Assembly: GCA_963664395.2 (NCBI GenBank)
Contig: OY761159.2
Span: 2,976,001 to 3,040,000, forward strand
Source: Candidatus Binatia bacterium
GTDB taxonomy: Bacteria; Desulfobacterota; Binatia; Bin18
Length of the DNA: 64,000 nt
Direction: 5' to 3'
Shown: in pieces, positions 47,023-56,174 of the stretch
Numbering within the stretch: position 1 is the first letter of the stretch
How the letters are laid out: each line of letters starts with the position of its first letter
Notes under the pieces: model-generated
Databases searched by the model: none
The model's input: only the letters and a program-made list of their open reading frames with translations
What the model was told of the DNA's origin: nothing
Position numbers and translations under genes: made by a program

Positions 47023-48155
47023 TTAGAGTCCAAAAAATTGGACCGCGTTTTCTCCCAATATTTTGTTGACGGATGCCTCTGGCAGTGTCTCCAAGGCGTT
47101 CCGCGCTTTGGCAACTGGATCGGTAAAGCCTTCAGCATGCGGATAGTCCGAACCAATAAAAAACTTATGATCGCCGAGCAGCTCAACCATGTAAGGCAGC
47201 AGGCGTTCATCCGGGTCAGCCGCAATCCAAATATTCCGCTCAAAATACTCGCTGGCCGGACGCTCCATCTGGCACGAGTGGCCCATATAGCTGTAGCGAT
47301 AATCGAGTCGGTCGAGCCATTCCACGACCCAACCGCTGGCGGATTCAATGGTGGCGACACGCAGCTTGGGAAAGCGCTCAAACACCCCGTCGTAGACCAT
47401 GGTGGTCAGGGCCATGCGGGGGTCCTGGATGCCGTTCATACTCAGGAACATGAAGCCCGGTCGGCGGTCCGTATACCAGTCGTGGCCAAGGTAGTTGCGG
47501 TGTACGACCAGATGGATACCAACAGCCATGTCGTGATATTGGGCGGCGTCCCAGACCGGGTCAAAATCAGGACTGCCGAAACTCTTGCCGTCAACCGGCA
47601 GGGCTCCGACAAAGATCGTTCGCATGCCCGCATCGGCCAGACGCTCGATTTCACGCACGGCCTGCGTGGGGTGGCGCAGAGAAATATGTCCGACCGGATA
47701 CAGCCGGCTGCGGTGCTGGGCGCACACCTCCAGCGTCCAGGTGTTATAGGCGCGACAATGGGCGGCCGCCAGCTCCGGATCAGTCACCTGACCCTCCCAC
47801 ATCAGACCCAGGGTCGGATAGATAAATTGGCATTCAAAGCCTTCGTTATCCAGGTAGGCGATACGCTGGTCCATGTCTTCGAGGGTATTATTAAACGCGT
47901 GGAAAAGTCGAAAGAACCCAGCCCGGAGCCGGCCTCCTTCTGACCGTAGCCGACGCCGACGCCGAGCATGTCTTCCATGCTGAACTCACCCACCCCCCGA
48001 ATCTGTTTTGATTCGTTGACGAGCATGGCATGCGTGCCGGTGTGCGGGTCCTGGGTGAAGCGCAGGCAGCGAGCGCGAAACTCCGGTTCGATATAGCGCT
48101 CCCATAAATCGAGCGGCTCCATGAAATGGCTGTCTGCGTCAATAATCCGGCTCAT
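47023..48155 (-). pseudogene. Amidohydrolase_2 family gene with a 1-nt frameshift (pseudogene or sequence error)
   Basis: IIDADSHFMEP in one frame, then FNNTLEDMDQRIAYLD...YPTLGL...IH...ES...GSDYPH in another; shift near 47900. Confidence 0.85.
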
Positions 48156-48222
48156 ACGCTTCCTTCCCTCCTCTTCTCGTAGCGAAAGGCGGACGACTTG
48201 AAAAGCCTGGGCGCCAACAAGA

Positions 48223-48246
48223 AGGGGCACGGCATGCCGTGCCCCT
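48223..48246. repeat. REP-like perfect palindrome (24 bp)
   Basis: AGGGGCACGGCATGCCGTGCCCCT. Confidence 0.65.
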
Positions 48247-48271
48247 CTGGAAGTGTACTGCTTGCTGGCGA

Positions 48272-49546
48272 CTAGGCGGCTTTCTGGAGTCTGGCTCGGC
48301 TCGGGGTCAGCTCGTTCCGATAAAACGCCCCATCCTTCATGATGGCGTGCAGGTTCTTTTTGTCCTGCAGGATGGTGATGTCTTTGGCCGGATTGCCTTT
48401 GACGATGAGGAGGTCGGCGATCTTGCCCGGCTCGATGGTCCCCAACTCGTCACCCATGCCGAGTAACTCTGCGCCATTCTTCGTGGCCCAGCGTAGGACT
48501 TCATTGGCCGGGATGCCGGCGCCTTTGACATAGGCTTCCAACTCGCACGCGTACTCGCCGTGCGGCATGGAGGCGATGCCGAAATCGTCACCGATAACCA
48601 GTTTTACCCCGGCTTTATTGGCCTTGGGCAGGACCTTATACGAGTGCTCCAGATTCCGCTCCATGCTGTCGACACCGCCCCAGCCACTCGAACCCGTGCG
48701 GCGTTTTTCCTCGACGACCTTCCACGGGAAGTACAGGCTCGGCACCACAAATGTGTCCTGTTCGAGCATGCCCTCAATGCACTCGTCATCCATCCGGTCG
48801 CCGTGGTCGATCACGTCCATGCCGGCTTTGAGGGCGGCCAGGATGCCCTTCTTGGAAATAATATGGCCCCGAATTTTTCGGCCGCGTTCGTGGGCGGCCG
48901 TGGTCGCCGCCTCGATTTCGTCCTGGCTCATGGTCATGGTGTCCTCGTCCCACATCAGGCCATGCCCGCCGGTCGGGTAGAGTTTGATGATGTCCACGCC
49001 CAGCTTGATTTCTTCACGCACGGCTTTGCGAAAATCGTCCGGTCCGTCGCACACGCGGGCTAAGCCGTCCATGCCCATCTTCCAGAAGTTGGGATGACAA
49101 TCGACCGAATCGCCCGTGGTCACCACGTCCCGACCGCACGCCAGAAACCGCGGGCCCGGAATCATGCCCGCGTTAATGGCCTTTTTCAGCGTGACATCGA
49201 TATTGTGCATCGAGCCCGCACCCGCCGCACCCGTGTAGCCGCAGCTCAGCAGCAGCTCGGCGTTCTTGGCCGCAATGAGCGTCAGATAGGTCGGCGGATA
49301 TTTCATGTCAATATCGTTCATGTCGCCGACGTTGGCGTAGGCGACATGATAGTGGCACTGGACCATGCCCGGCATGAGGGATTTCCCACTCAGATCATAT
49401 ACAACATCCTTGGCCGAGGGTTGGGGCATGTCCCCATTTTTCCCGACCGCCTTGATGCGTTTGCCCTGCACGACAACGGTAGAGCCAGGTTGTGGTTTAT
49501 GTTCACCGTCGATCAGATTGACCCCACGAAAAAATATACGTCCCAT
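48272..49546 (-). CDS. Metal-dependent amidohydrolase (prolidase-like)
   Basis: PGMVQCHYH, DIIKLY, IRGH, IDHG, IGDD, GTIEPGKIADL. Confidence 0.9.
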   Translation of the reverse strand: MGRIFFRGVNLIDGEHKPQPGSTVVVQGKRIKAVGKNGDMPQPSAKDVVYDLSGKSLMPGMVQCHYHVAYANVGDMNDIDMKYPPTYLTLIAAKNAELLLSCGYTGAAGAGSMHNIDVTLKKAINAGMIPGPRFLACGRDVVTTGDSVDCHPNFWKMGMDGLARVCDGPDDFRKAVREEIKLGVDIIKLYPTGGHGLMWDEDTMTMSQDEIEAATTAAHERGRKIRGHIISKKGILAALKAGMDVIDHGDRMDDECIEGMLEQDTFVVPSLYFPWKVVEEKRRTGSSGWGGVDSMERNLEHSYKVLPKANKAGVKLVIGDDFGIASMPHGEYACELEAYVKGAGIPANEVLRWATKNGAELLGMGDELGTIEPGKIADLLIVKGNPAKDITILQDKKNLHAIMKDGAFYRNELTPSRARLQKAA

Positions 49547-49646
49547 ACGATGCCCTCCTCTATAGGTGTTGTTCCAAAAAAATTCGTCTCACAGTGCTAC
49601 TCTTTCTCTATCGTATTTTTGGCGATATGCAAAACGGATTTTTACT

Positions 49647-50732
49647 CTATAGGTCTTTAACCCCGGGAATGACTTCATTCGCAAAACGGGTCATCGCGGC
49701 TTTGACCTGCTCATGGGGTACCATTCCGCCCGGATTAAACCAGCAAATCAGCTCATTCATCCCGAGCTCTTTGTGCAGCAGGCGAATACGGTCCACACAC
49801 TCGTGGGAAGAGCCGAAAATAGCCATGCTCTCTACCACTTTCTCAAAGGTGATACTCTCCAGATTTTTACGGATTTCCGCTGTATAGCGGTATGATTCCA
49901 TATCCTCTTGTTTTGTCGTGCCGCTCGTCATCATGCCCAGGACGCTGCCGAAATAATTTTGAATACTCGGCTCCACGGCCCGGCGCACGTGGTCCAGACT
50001 TTCGCCCGGCTGCATAAAAAACATGGTGGAGACATCTTGTGGAGGGTACCGGGGGTGAGTGGACTGCCCGGTATGCGGGCTGTGTTCATCCCAGGCTTGG
50101 CGATAGGTTGCGACTTGGGCAAACATCTTGGGCAGCGGATTGGTCACAGATGCCACAAATATCGGATGGCCGGTTTTACCGGCAAACACCGCCGTCTCCG
50201 GGCTGTTGGCTGCAATCCGGATGGGAGGATGAGGCTGTTGCAGCGGTTTCGGTACGACGCTGGTCTCAGGAATCTTGTAATAGCTGCCGTCATACGAAAA
50301 TGACTCATGTGTCCAGGCCTGTTTAATGATGTCGAGGCTTTCTTCGAAGCGTTCGCGGCTCTTGTCCCGAGAGCGATCAAATCCGGAAAAATGGAGCGGA
50401 ATCGTCCCGCGTCCGACTCCGAACTCCAGCCGCCCGTTACTCAACAGATCGACCGTCGCGCCTTCTTCAGCGTTGCGGACCGGGTGCCATAACGGCAGGA
50501 GGTTGACGGCAATGCCCAGGCGGATGCGTTTCGTCTGTTGCGCAATAGCCGTAGCGACAATCAGGGGCGACGACATAATCGAGAAATGCTTATAAAAGTG
50601 CAGCTCCGCCAGCCAGGCGCAATCGAAACCCAGTTGCTCGGCGTGGATGACCTGTTCAATGGTCTCTTGATAGCGCGCTGCCTGTGTCTGGGTATCTGCG
50701 CACGGTAACTGGTAGAAAAGGCCAAATCTCAC
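49647..50732 (-). CDS. LLM-class flavin-dependent oxidoreductase (luciferase alpha-like)
   Basis: WLAELHF, RIRLGIAV, AEEGATVDLLSNGRLEFGVGRG, PKPLQQPHPP; GTG start after AGGAGG. Confidence 0.92.
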   Translation of the reverse strand: MRFGLFYQLPCADTQTQAARYQETIEQVIHAEQLGFDCAWLAELHFYKHFSIMSSPLIVATAIAQQTKRIRLGIAVNLLPLWHPVRNAEEGATVDLLSNGRLEFGVGRGTIPLHFSGFDRSRDKSRERFEESLDIIKQAWTHESFSYDGSYYKIPETSVVPKPLQQPHPPIRIAANSPETAVFAGKTGHPIFVASVTNPLPKMFAQVATYRQAWDEHSPHTGQSTHPRYPPQDVSTMFFMQPGESLDHVRRAVEPSIQNYFGSVLGMMTSGTTKQEDMESYRYTAEIRKNLESITFEKVVESMAIFGSSHECVDRIRLLHKELGMNELICWFNPGGMVPHEQVKAAMTRFANEVIPGVKDL

Positions 50733-50945
50733 GTATTCCCTCCTGTGCTCCCCACCCACTCATGCCGAGTCTTGCGGAGTCTATTGTTTGTGTTGAGCAT
50801 GCCCGGCGTGGGTCTGTCAAGAACAAGGCCGAGAGGAGGTACGGGGGGACACAGGAAGAGAAGCCGGACGGGGCGGCTCTTGTTCCCGCTGCGTGCCCTG
50901 CGGTATAGTCCTCAAGCTCAATGTTTTGCAGCAAGGAGGGATGCT

Positions 50946-51323
50946 ATGGCGAATCAGAGCGACCTGGAAAAGGGAATCGAGATCCGGAAAAAGCTGAGCG
51001 GAGACCGCTTTGGGAAGTCGGCCAGCGCGCTGGCCGAACTCGCCCCGGACCTTGAAGAGATGTTGAACGAAGTCGTCTTCGGACGGGTCTGGACCAGACC
51101 GGGGCTTGAGCTCAAAATGCGTAGCGTGGCCGTGATTGCGGCCCTCACTGCTATGCAGCGGTTGCCCCAACTCAAGAGCCATATCGCCAATGGTCTGAAT
51201 GCCGGTCTGACGAAGGAAGAAATTATCGAGATTTTAATCCAGATGGCCTTTTATGCCGGCGCGCCAACCGCGGTCAACGCGTTTCAGGTCGCCAAAGAAG
51301 TCTTCGAAGCCGAGGGCGTGTAA
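50946..51323 (+). CDS. Carboxymuconolactone decarboxylase family protein
   Basis: FGRVWTRPGL..KMRS, H..NGLNAG, EIIEIL..YAGAP; AAGGAGG RBS. Confidence 0.9.
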   Translation: MANQSDLEKGIEIRKKLSGDRFGKSASALAELAPDLEEMLNEVVFGRVWTRPGLELKMRSVAVIAALTAMQRLPQLKSHIANGLNAGLTKEEIIEILIQMAFYAGAPTAVNAFQVAKEVFEAEGV

Positions 51324-51339
51324 GGAGAAACGTCCCAGT

Positions 51340-52683
51340 ATGGTGTGGCCCTGGAACCGCCGCCGGCGCTCCGCTCACAAGCGTGTTCAGCCTCTGGAGC
51401 TCAGTCAGTGGACGCTGAATACAGATCGTTTTCTGCGGGTCCTGCGTGCCATGGTCGCCGTTGGTGAGCGGCTGCAGAATTCTCCGTCTAAGGAGCAGCC
51501 GCCACCACAAGAGGACCTCGCCGGAGATATCGTTCTCGACGAATTGTCAGCCCATACCGCCCCCGGTCGTTTACAGGTGGAACGAGTGAGTTATGCCGAA
51601 GGCCGCGGGAATCTTATCCTGAGCTATCCAAGTCGTTCCCTTGGACGCGCCCACAAAACCATTGCTTTTGTGGGCGCGCATCTCGACGTCGTGCCTGCCG
51701 ACCCGAAAGACTGGCAGCGCCCGCCCTTTGAGTTGCAGATTGCGGGAGACCGTTTGTATGGCCGGGGTGTCACCGACTGTCTCGGACATGTCGCCGTTCT
51801 CACCGACCTCTTTGCCCAGCTCGCCGAATCTGAAGTGGAGCTCGACCACAGTGTGGTCGGGGTCATTATTGCCGACGAAGAACTCTCAAACACGCACGGC
51901 GTAGGGATTGGGCGGCTGGTCAAAGACGGTCGGCTCGATCATCTCAAGAACGGACCCGTGTATTGGATCGATAGTGCCGACTTTGGACCAACAACGGCAA
52001 CTGCCGGGATGGCACTCTGGAGACTGGCTATTGAAGGCAAGGGCACCCACTCAGGATTTCCACAAAATGGGATCAATGCCGCAGAACTGGCGACCGAAGT
52101 GACCCGCGCCCTCCAGCAGTGGTTTTACGCCCACTATCCCGCTCACCCAAAGGAGCGGGAGTACGGTTTTCGAGCGCCGTCGTCTCTCAAACCTACACGG
52201 GTGCAGGTTGAGAATGATACCCTGACGAAAATCCCGTCCAAGGCCCGTATTGAAGGCGATATTCGTCTGACGCCCTGGTATGACCCTGACGAAGTGAAAA
52301 AAGGGCTGGCTGCTTTTATGGAAACGCTGGATGTCAGCCAACTGCCCGTCTTTGGTCCGGGCCGCTATGCCTGCAACGGACAGGTCGGGACGGCCCGGTT
52401 TGAGATGCTGGGTACGCCGTCCGGCGGAATGGTCTGCGACCGGACCTCAGCCGGCTATGCGGCCCTAGCCCAAGCGGTTGCGGCCGTACGGCCCGACTCT
52501 CAACCCTTCGCCCTGACGGGCAGTCTGCCCTATGTCCGTTTTCTGCAGGAGCACGGCTTTGACCTGCAAATTACCGGTTTCGGCAGAAACGAAGCCTACC
52601 ATGCGCCGAACGAATTCGCCGAACTGTCACATATGCAGGACGGCTTTCGCATCCTGTGTCATATGCTCCGACACTTCGGCTAG
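51340..52683 (+). CDS. M20 family acetylornithine deacetylase, plant/protist type
   Basis: AFVGAHLDVVPA, GRGVTDCLGHVA, ADEE, GPVYWIDSAD, GDIRLTP, TGSLP, YHAPNE. Confidence 0.88.
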   Translation: MVWPWNRRRRSAHKRVQPLELSQWTLNTDRFLRVLRAMVAVGERLQNSPSKEQPPPQEDLAGDIVLDELSAHTAPGRLQVERVSYAEGRGNLILSYPSRSLGRAHKTIAFVGAHLDVVPADPKDWQRPPFELQIAGDRLYGRGVTDCLGHVAVLTDLFAQLAESEVELDHSVVGVIIADEELSNTHGVGIGRLVKDGRLDHLKNGPVYWIDSADFGPTTATAGMALWRLAIEGKGTHSGFPQNGINAAELATEVTRALQQWFYAHYPAHPKEREYGFRAPSSLKPTRVQVENDTLTKIPSKARIEGDIRLTPWYDPDEVKKGLAAFMETLDVSQLPVFGPGRYACNGQVGTARFEMLGTPSGGMVCDRTSAGYAALAQAVAAVRPDSQPFALTGSLPYVRFLQEHGFDLQITGFGRNEAYHAPNEFAELSHMQDGFRILCHMLRHFG

Positions 52684-52692
52684 AAGGGCGCG

Positions 52693-52980
52693 CTAGCGAT
52701 GGCGGAACGTGATCCGGCCGCGTTCGAGATCATACGGAGAGAGCTGAACCGTGACGCTGTCACCCTGAATGATTTTAATAAAGAACTTGCGCATCTTGCC
52801 CGCAACATGGGCGAGCATGGAGTGCCCATTCTCAAGCTCAACACGGAAAAATGCGTTGGGTAACACTTGGGTGACGGTCCCATTCATTTCAATGACATCT
52901 TTTTCAGCCTTGGGCTCGGTACTCCGCTCCTTCCGCTTCCGCCTGCCGCCACCGCCGCCTCTTCGACGTGGTCCAGCCAT
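52693..52980 (-). CDS. infA: Translation initiation factor IF-1 with N-terminal Arg/Gly-rich extension
   Basis: [54 protein letters not shown]; AGGAGG RBS before ATG 52980. Confidence 0.95.
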   Translation of the reverse strand: MAGPRRRGGGGGRRKRKERSTEPKAEKDVIEMNGTVTQVLPNAFFRVELENGHSMLAHVAGKMRKFFIKIIQGDSVTVQLSPYDLERGRITFRHR

Positions 52981-53000
52981 AAAACCTCCTCTGCATACAA

Positions 53001-53041
53001 TAAAAAGAAACCCCGGATGACACGGCCTCCGGGGTTTCTTT
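53001..53041 (-). terminator. Terminator/attenuator-like hairpin just upstream of infA
   Basis: 14-bp stem AAAGAAACCCCGGA/TCCGGGGTTTCTTT with T-rich tail. Confidence 0.6.
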
Positions 53042-53210
53042 GTTGACAATATAAACCGAGAAATCCGAACGACAATGGCAGAAAACTATCAGATCACCCT
53101 ATTGAAGACAACCAGAATATCCCCGGCTCTATTGGTTCTGACGGCATACGCTCGGCACTCCTGGTTGCCCCGGCTGGAGCGCAGGGGATGGTTCTCCTGT
53201 TTATGTAGCG

Positions 53211-54488
53211 TCATTTGCCAGGGTCTGACGCTGCAATCCGAATCGGCTCCGGGTTGACCAGAAAGAAGAAAATCATAAATGACACTGCGGCAAGCCCTGC
53301 GGCCACCAGAAATGGCAGCGCCCAGTTGCCGGTGGCAGCAACCAGAAAGCCGGCGGTCATTGGCCCAAAAATTCCAGCAAAGTTTCCCGAGCCGTTCATC
53401 ACCCCGGATATCGCGCCGACCAACTGTGGGTTCATTTCCAGCGGTATCGCCCAATAGCCCCCGCCGGCAATATTCATCAGAAACAGATAGGCCGTAAAAC
53501 AGGCCACCGAAGCGCCGCCCGAGGAAACCAGCACCGCCGCTACTAAAAAAGGAACACCCAGCGCAATACACAGCGAGGGGGCCTGCGCTCGGGCAAAACG
53601 GACACTGAAGCCGCGCTGTAACAGCAGGTCCGAAAGCGTCCCGCCGCCGACCAGCCCGGCGAAACTGGCGAAGGTTGGAATCATACCCACCCAGCCCATC
53701 TGTTGCAGGGTAAAGCCGCGAACTTTGACCATATAGGTCGGCAGCCACAACACGATCATCCACAGGCCATAGACCAACAGCAAATACGACAGAGACAGCA
53801 ACAGGACCTGGCGCTCTTTGGCGACAGCCCAGGGAGAAAAATTGTGCTCCTGACGTGGGGCGAGGTTGGACTCGATATAGTGGAGTTCTTCCCGGCTGAT
53901 TTTTGGATGCTCCGCCGGCGTGTGGGTGGCAAAAGCCATCCAGGCAATCAGCCACACCCCCCCAAGCACGGCGTTGCAATAAAAGACCATAGGCCACGAA
54001 AACATGGCTAAGAGCCACGTCGTCAGCGGGTAGGCTATGGCCTGCCCGAGATAGGCGCCGGAGATGCTGAGGGTTTGCGCCCGGCTGTATTCCTGGCGGG
54101 GAATCCAGCGCGCATTCAGGGCGGCATAGGCCGGGAAGGTGATGGATTCAAACATCCCCACCCCAAAGCGGATGGCCAACATCAGGCCAAACGCCGCCTG
54201 TCCCATGGGGGTGAGGGCCGTGAAAACGGAAAAGCCAATACAGACCAGAATGAGCAGTTTATGCGTATTCCAGCGATCGGCCAGGACACCCCCTGGAAAT
54301 TGGAGCAGGGCATAGCCGACCAGAAAAGCCGAGAAGACCACACCGAAGCGGCCCTCGTCCCAGCCCAGGGATTCCATCATGACCGGCGCGGCAACCGCGA
54401 TATTGACCCGATCAAGATAGTTGATCATGCTGCCGGTGGTCAGCAGACCGACCAGCCGATAGCGGACCGGAAAGGCCATGCCAGCCAT
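53211..54488 (-). CDS. MFS transporter (ACS family)
   Basis: INYLDRVNIAVA, GYALLQFPGGVLADRW, ESITFPA, about 12 TM segments; start 54488 or 54479. Confidence 0.9.
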   Translation of the reverse strand: MAGMAFPVRYRLVGLLTTGSMINYLDRVNIAVAAPVMMESLGWDEGRFGVVFSAFLVGYALLQFPGGVLADRWNTHKLLILVCIGFSVFTALTPMGQAAFGLMLAIRFGVGMFESITFPAYAALNARWIPRQEYSRAQTLSISGAYLGQAIAYPLTTWLLAMFSWPMVFYCNAVLGGVWLIAWMAFATHTPAEHPKISREELHYIESNLAPRQEHNFSPWAVAKERQVLLLSLSYLLLVYGLWMIVLWLPTYMVKVRGFTLQQMGWVGMIPTFASFAGLVGGGTLSDLLLQRGFSVRFARAQAPSLCIALGVPFLVAAVLVSSGGASVACFTAYLFLMNIAGGGYWAIPLEMNPQLVGAISGVMNGSGNFAGIFGPMTAGFLVAATGNWALPFLVAAGLAAVSFMIFFFLVNPEPIRIAASDPGK

Positions 54489-54508
54489 GAATAGTCTATA
54501 CCCTGCTC

Positions 54509-55039
54509 CTACTTCAAATGCGCGCCAGCGAGAAAGGCGATGACGTGGCAAGGCTCATCCCACGGGTTGTGCCAGCGGTGCATGGTTCCGCTCTGAACGA
54601 TCACATCCCCTGCGCCAAGCTCGGTTTTTGAGCCGTCGTCGAGTTCGAGCACGCAGCGCCCGGACACGATATACAGCGTATCGACCGTCGCTGAGCGGTG
54701 CATGCCCGGATCGTCCGGTTTCATGGTCGCCAGCAAGCCCGGAAACAGGCGCTCGGCTTCGGCCGCGGCTTCTTCTGGGTTGGTGGCGGCAGGCGGCGTG
54801 CTTTCGGGAGCTAACACAAATGAGGCGAAGCGAAAACCGCCGACGGGCGGAAACCAGGCGTGATGACGCGGCTCGTTACCAGCGTCGGGATATGAGAGCG
54901 TTTCGTCTGCACCCCACAGGGTGGTCAACGTCGCTCCGGGCAGGCCAGGAACGTCGATGCCTGCGACTTCTCCATCGCTGGCAATGATTGATTTGCCGTC
55001 CGCTCGGTGACCGGTAACAACGCGTCGGATTGTCGTCAT
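54509..55039 (-). CDS. Cupin domain protein
   Basis: IRRVVTGH, MHRSATVD, GDVIVQSGTMHRWHN. Confidence 0.9.
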   Translation of the reverse strand: MTTIRRVVTGHRADGKSIIASDGEVAGIDVPGLPGATLTTLWGADETLSYPDAGNEPRHHAWFPPVGGFRFASFVLAPESTPPAATNPEEAAAEAERLFPGLLATMKPDDPGMHRSATVDTLYIVSGRCVLELDDGSKTELGAGDVIVQSGTMHRWHNPWDEPCHVIAFLAGAHLK

Positions 55040-55233
55040 TTGTTTCTCCTTTGTCCTTCTTGCGTGGAAAATTTATCCCTTGCGTGTATGCCTCCCTGGT
55101 TCGGTGTGTCAACTGAAGCGGCAAGAAATTCTGTCTTGTCCGAATAGTGTCGGGTGAGTAGATACTGAGTTGTCCTCCCCTCCATTCCCTGTTCTTATCT
55201 CATTGGTAAGCGTTACTGAGGTTTGGAGGTGGT

Positions 55234-55677
55234 GTGTTCTACGGTGAACTTTTTGCACTCACGGCTGCGTGCCTGTGGGGGACGGCGCCAATTTTTGTCC
55301 GCAAGGGGCTTCCGCATGCGAGTGTCTCGGTCGGGCTGCTGTGCGGATTGGGTGCCAGCCTACCGTTGATGGCCCTGGTCTTTGCACTTCATCCGCGTTC
55401 GGTGACGCAGGTGATTACGCCCCAGGCTGCGCTGTGGTTTATCGCCGCCGGCATCGTTGGTCCATGTTTGGGCCGGATGTGTAATTACTTGGGGGTTGCT
55501 CATCTTGGGGCGGCCAAGAGCACGCCCTTGGTGAATACCGCGCCGCTTTTTACGACGATTTTTGCGTTGCTTTTTTTGCAGGAGGACATCAGCCTCAAGA
55601 TTCTGAGCGGCATCCTGAGCGTCGTGGCCGGGGTGGTGATTCTGACCGGACAAAATCGATGGGCAGGTCGGAGATGA
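55234..55677 (+). CDS. Single-domain EamA/DMT transporter
   Basis: Five TM helices; GAAKSTPLVNTAPLF...FLQE. Confidence 0.85.
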   Translation: MFYGELFALTAACLWGTAPIFVRKGLPHASVSVGLLCGLGASLPLMALVFALHPRSVTQVITPQAALWFIAAGIVGPCLGRMCNYLGVAHLGAAKSTPLVNTAPLFTTIFALLFLQEDISLKILSGILSVVAGVVILTGQNRWAGRR

Positions 55678-56105
55678 GGACGCCCACTCTCCTCTATCCG
55701 TTTCTTGCCGCCTTTTGTTACGGGATGAATCCCATTCTTGCCAAACTCGGTTTGCAGTCGAGTAACGAGCCGGTGTTTGGTGCGTGTATCGGCATTCTTG
55801 CCGGCGTGGTGGTGTATACGGCCTATTTTTTTGCGAGTGGACAGGCAGGTCAGTTGTTCTCCTTACCACGTCGGGCGGGCGTCTATTTTGGTCTGGCCGG
55901 CCTGGCCTCAACCTTGGCCATCTTTTCGCTTTTTTTTGCGCTGGAATATCTGCCCGCCGTCGTTGCCGCTCCCTTCACCTCAGTCGTGCCGCTCGTCACG
56001 CTCATCCTGAGTCGTCTGATTCTCCATGAGAGTGAACGCATCACCAGGGCCGACGTGGTCGGGACGATTTTCATCGTCGCTGGGATAGTGGTGTTGGTCA
56101 GTTGA
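55674..56105 (+). CDS. Single-domain EamA/DMT transporter
   Basis: Five TM helices; AVVAAPFTSVVPLVTLIL...ERIT; ATGA overlap with the upstream gene. Confidence 0.85.
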   Translation: MRTPTLLYPFLAAFCYGMNPILAKLGLQSSNEPVFGACIGILAGVVVYTAYFFASGQAGQLFSLPRRAGVYFGLAGLASTLAIFSLFFALEYLPAVVAAPFTSVVPLVTLILSRLILHESERITRADVVGTIFIVAGIVVLVS

Positions 56106-56130
56106 AAGACGGGCAGGCGAGCTATCCCTA

Positions 56131-56174
56131 CGATTATGACAATTATGACAATTATGACAATTATGACGATTATG
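56131..56174. repeat. 9-bp tandem repeat (ATTATGACA, about 4.5 units)
   Basis: CGATTATGACAATTATGACAATTATGACAATTATGACGATTATG between convergent genes, next to a CCCTAC (GTAG-type) motif. Confidence 0.9.

Noticed and set aside
53089-54018. 309-aa minus-strand ORF
   Set aside because: Alternative frame within the MFS gene with no motif support.
56131-56174. Possible CRISPR array
   Set aside because: Contiguous 9-bp units with no spacers and no cas genes.
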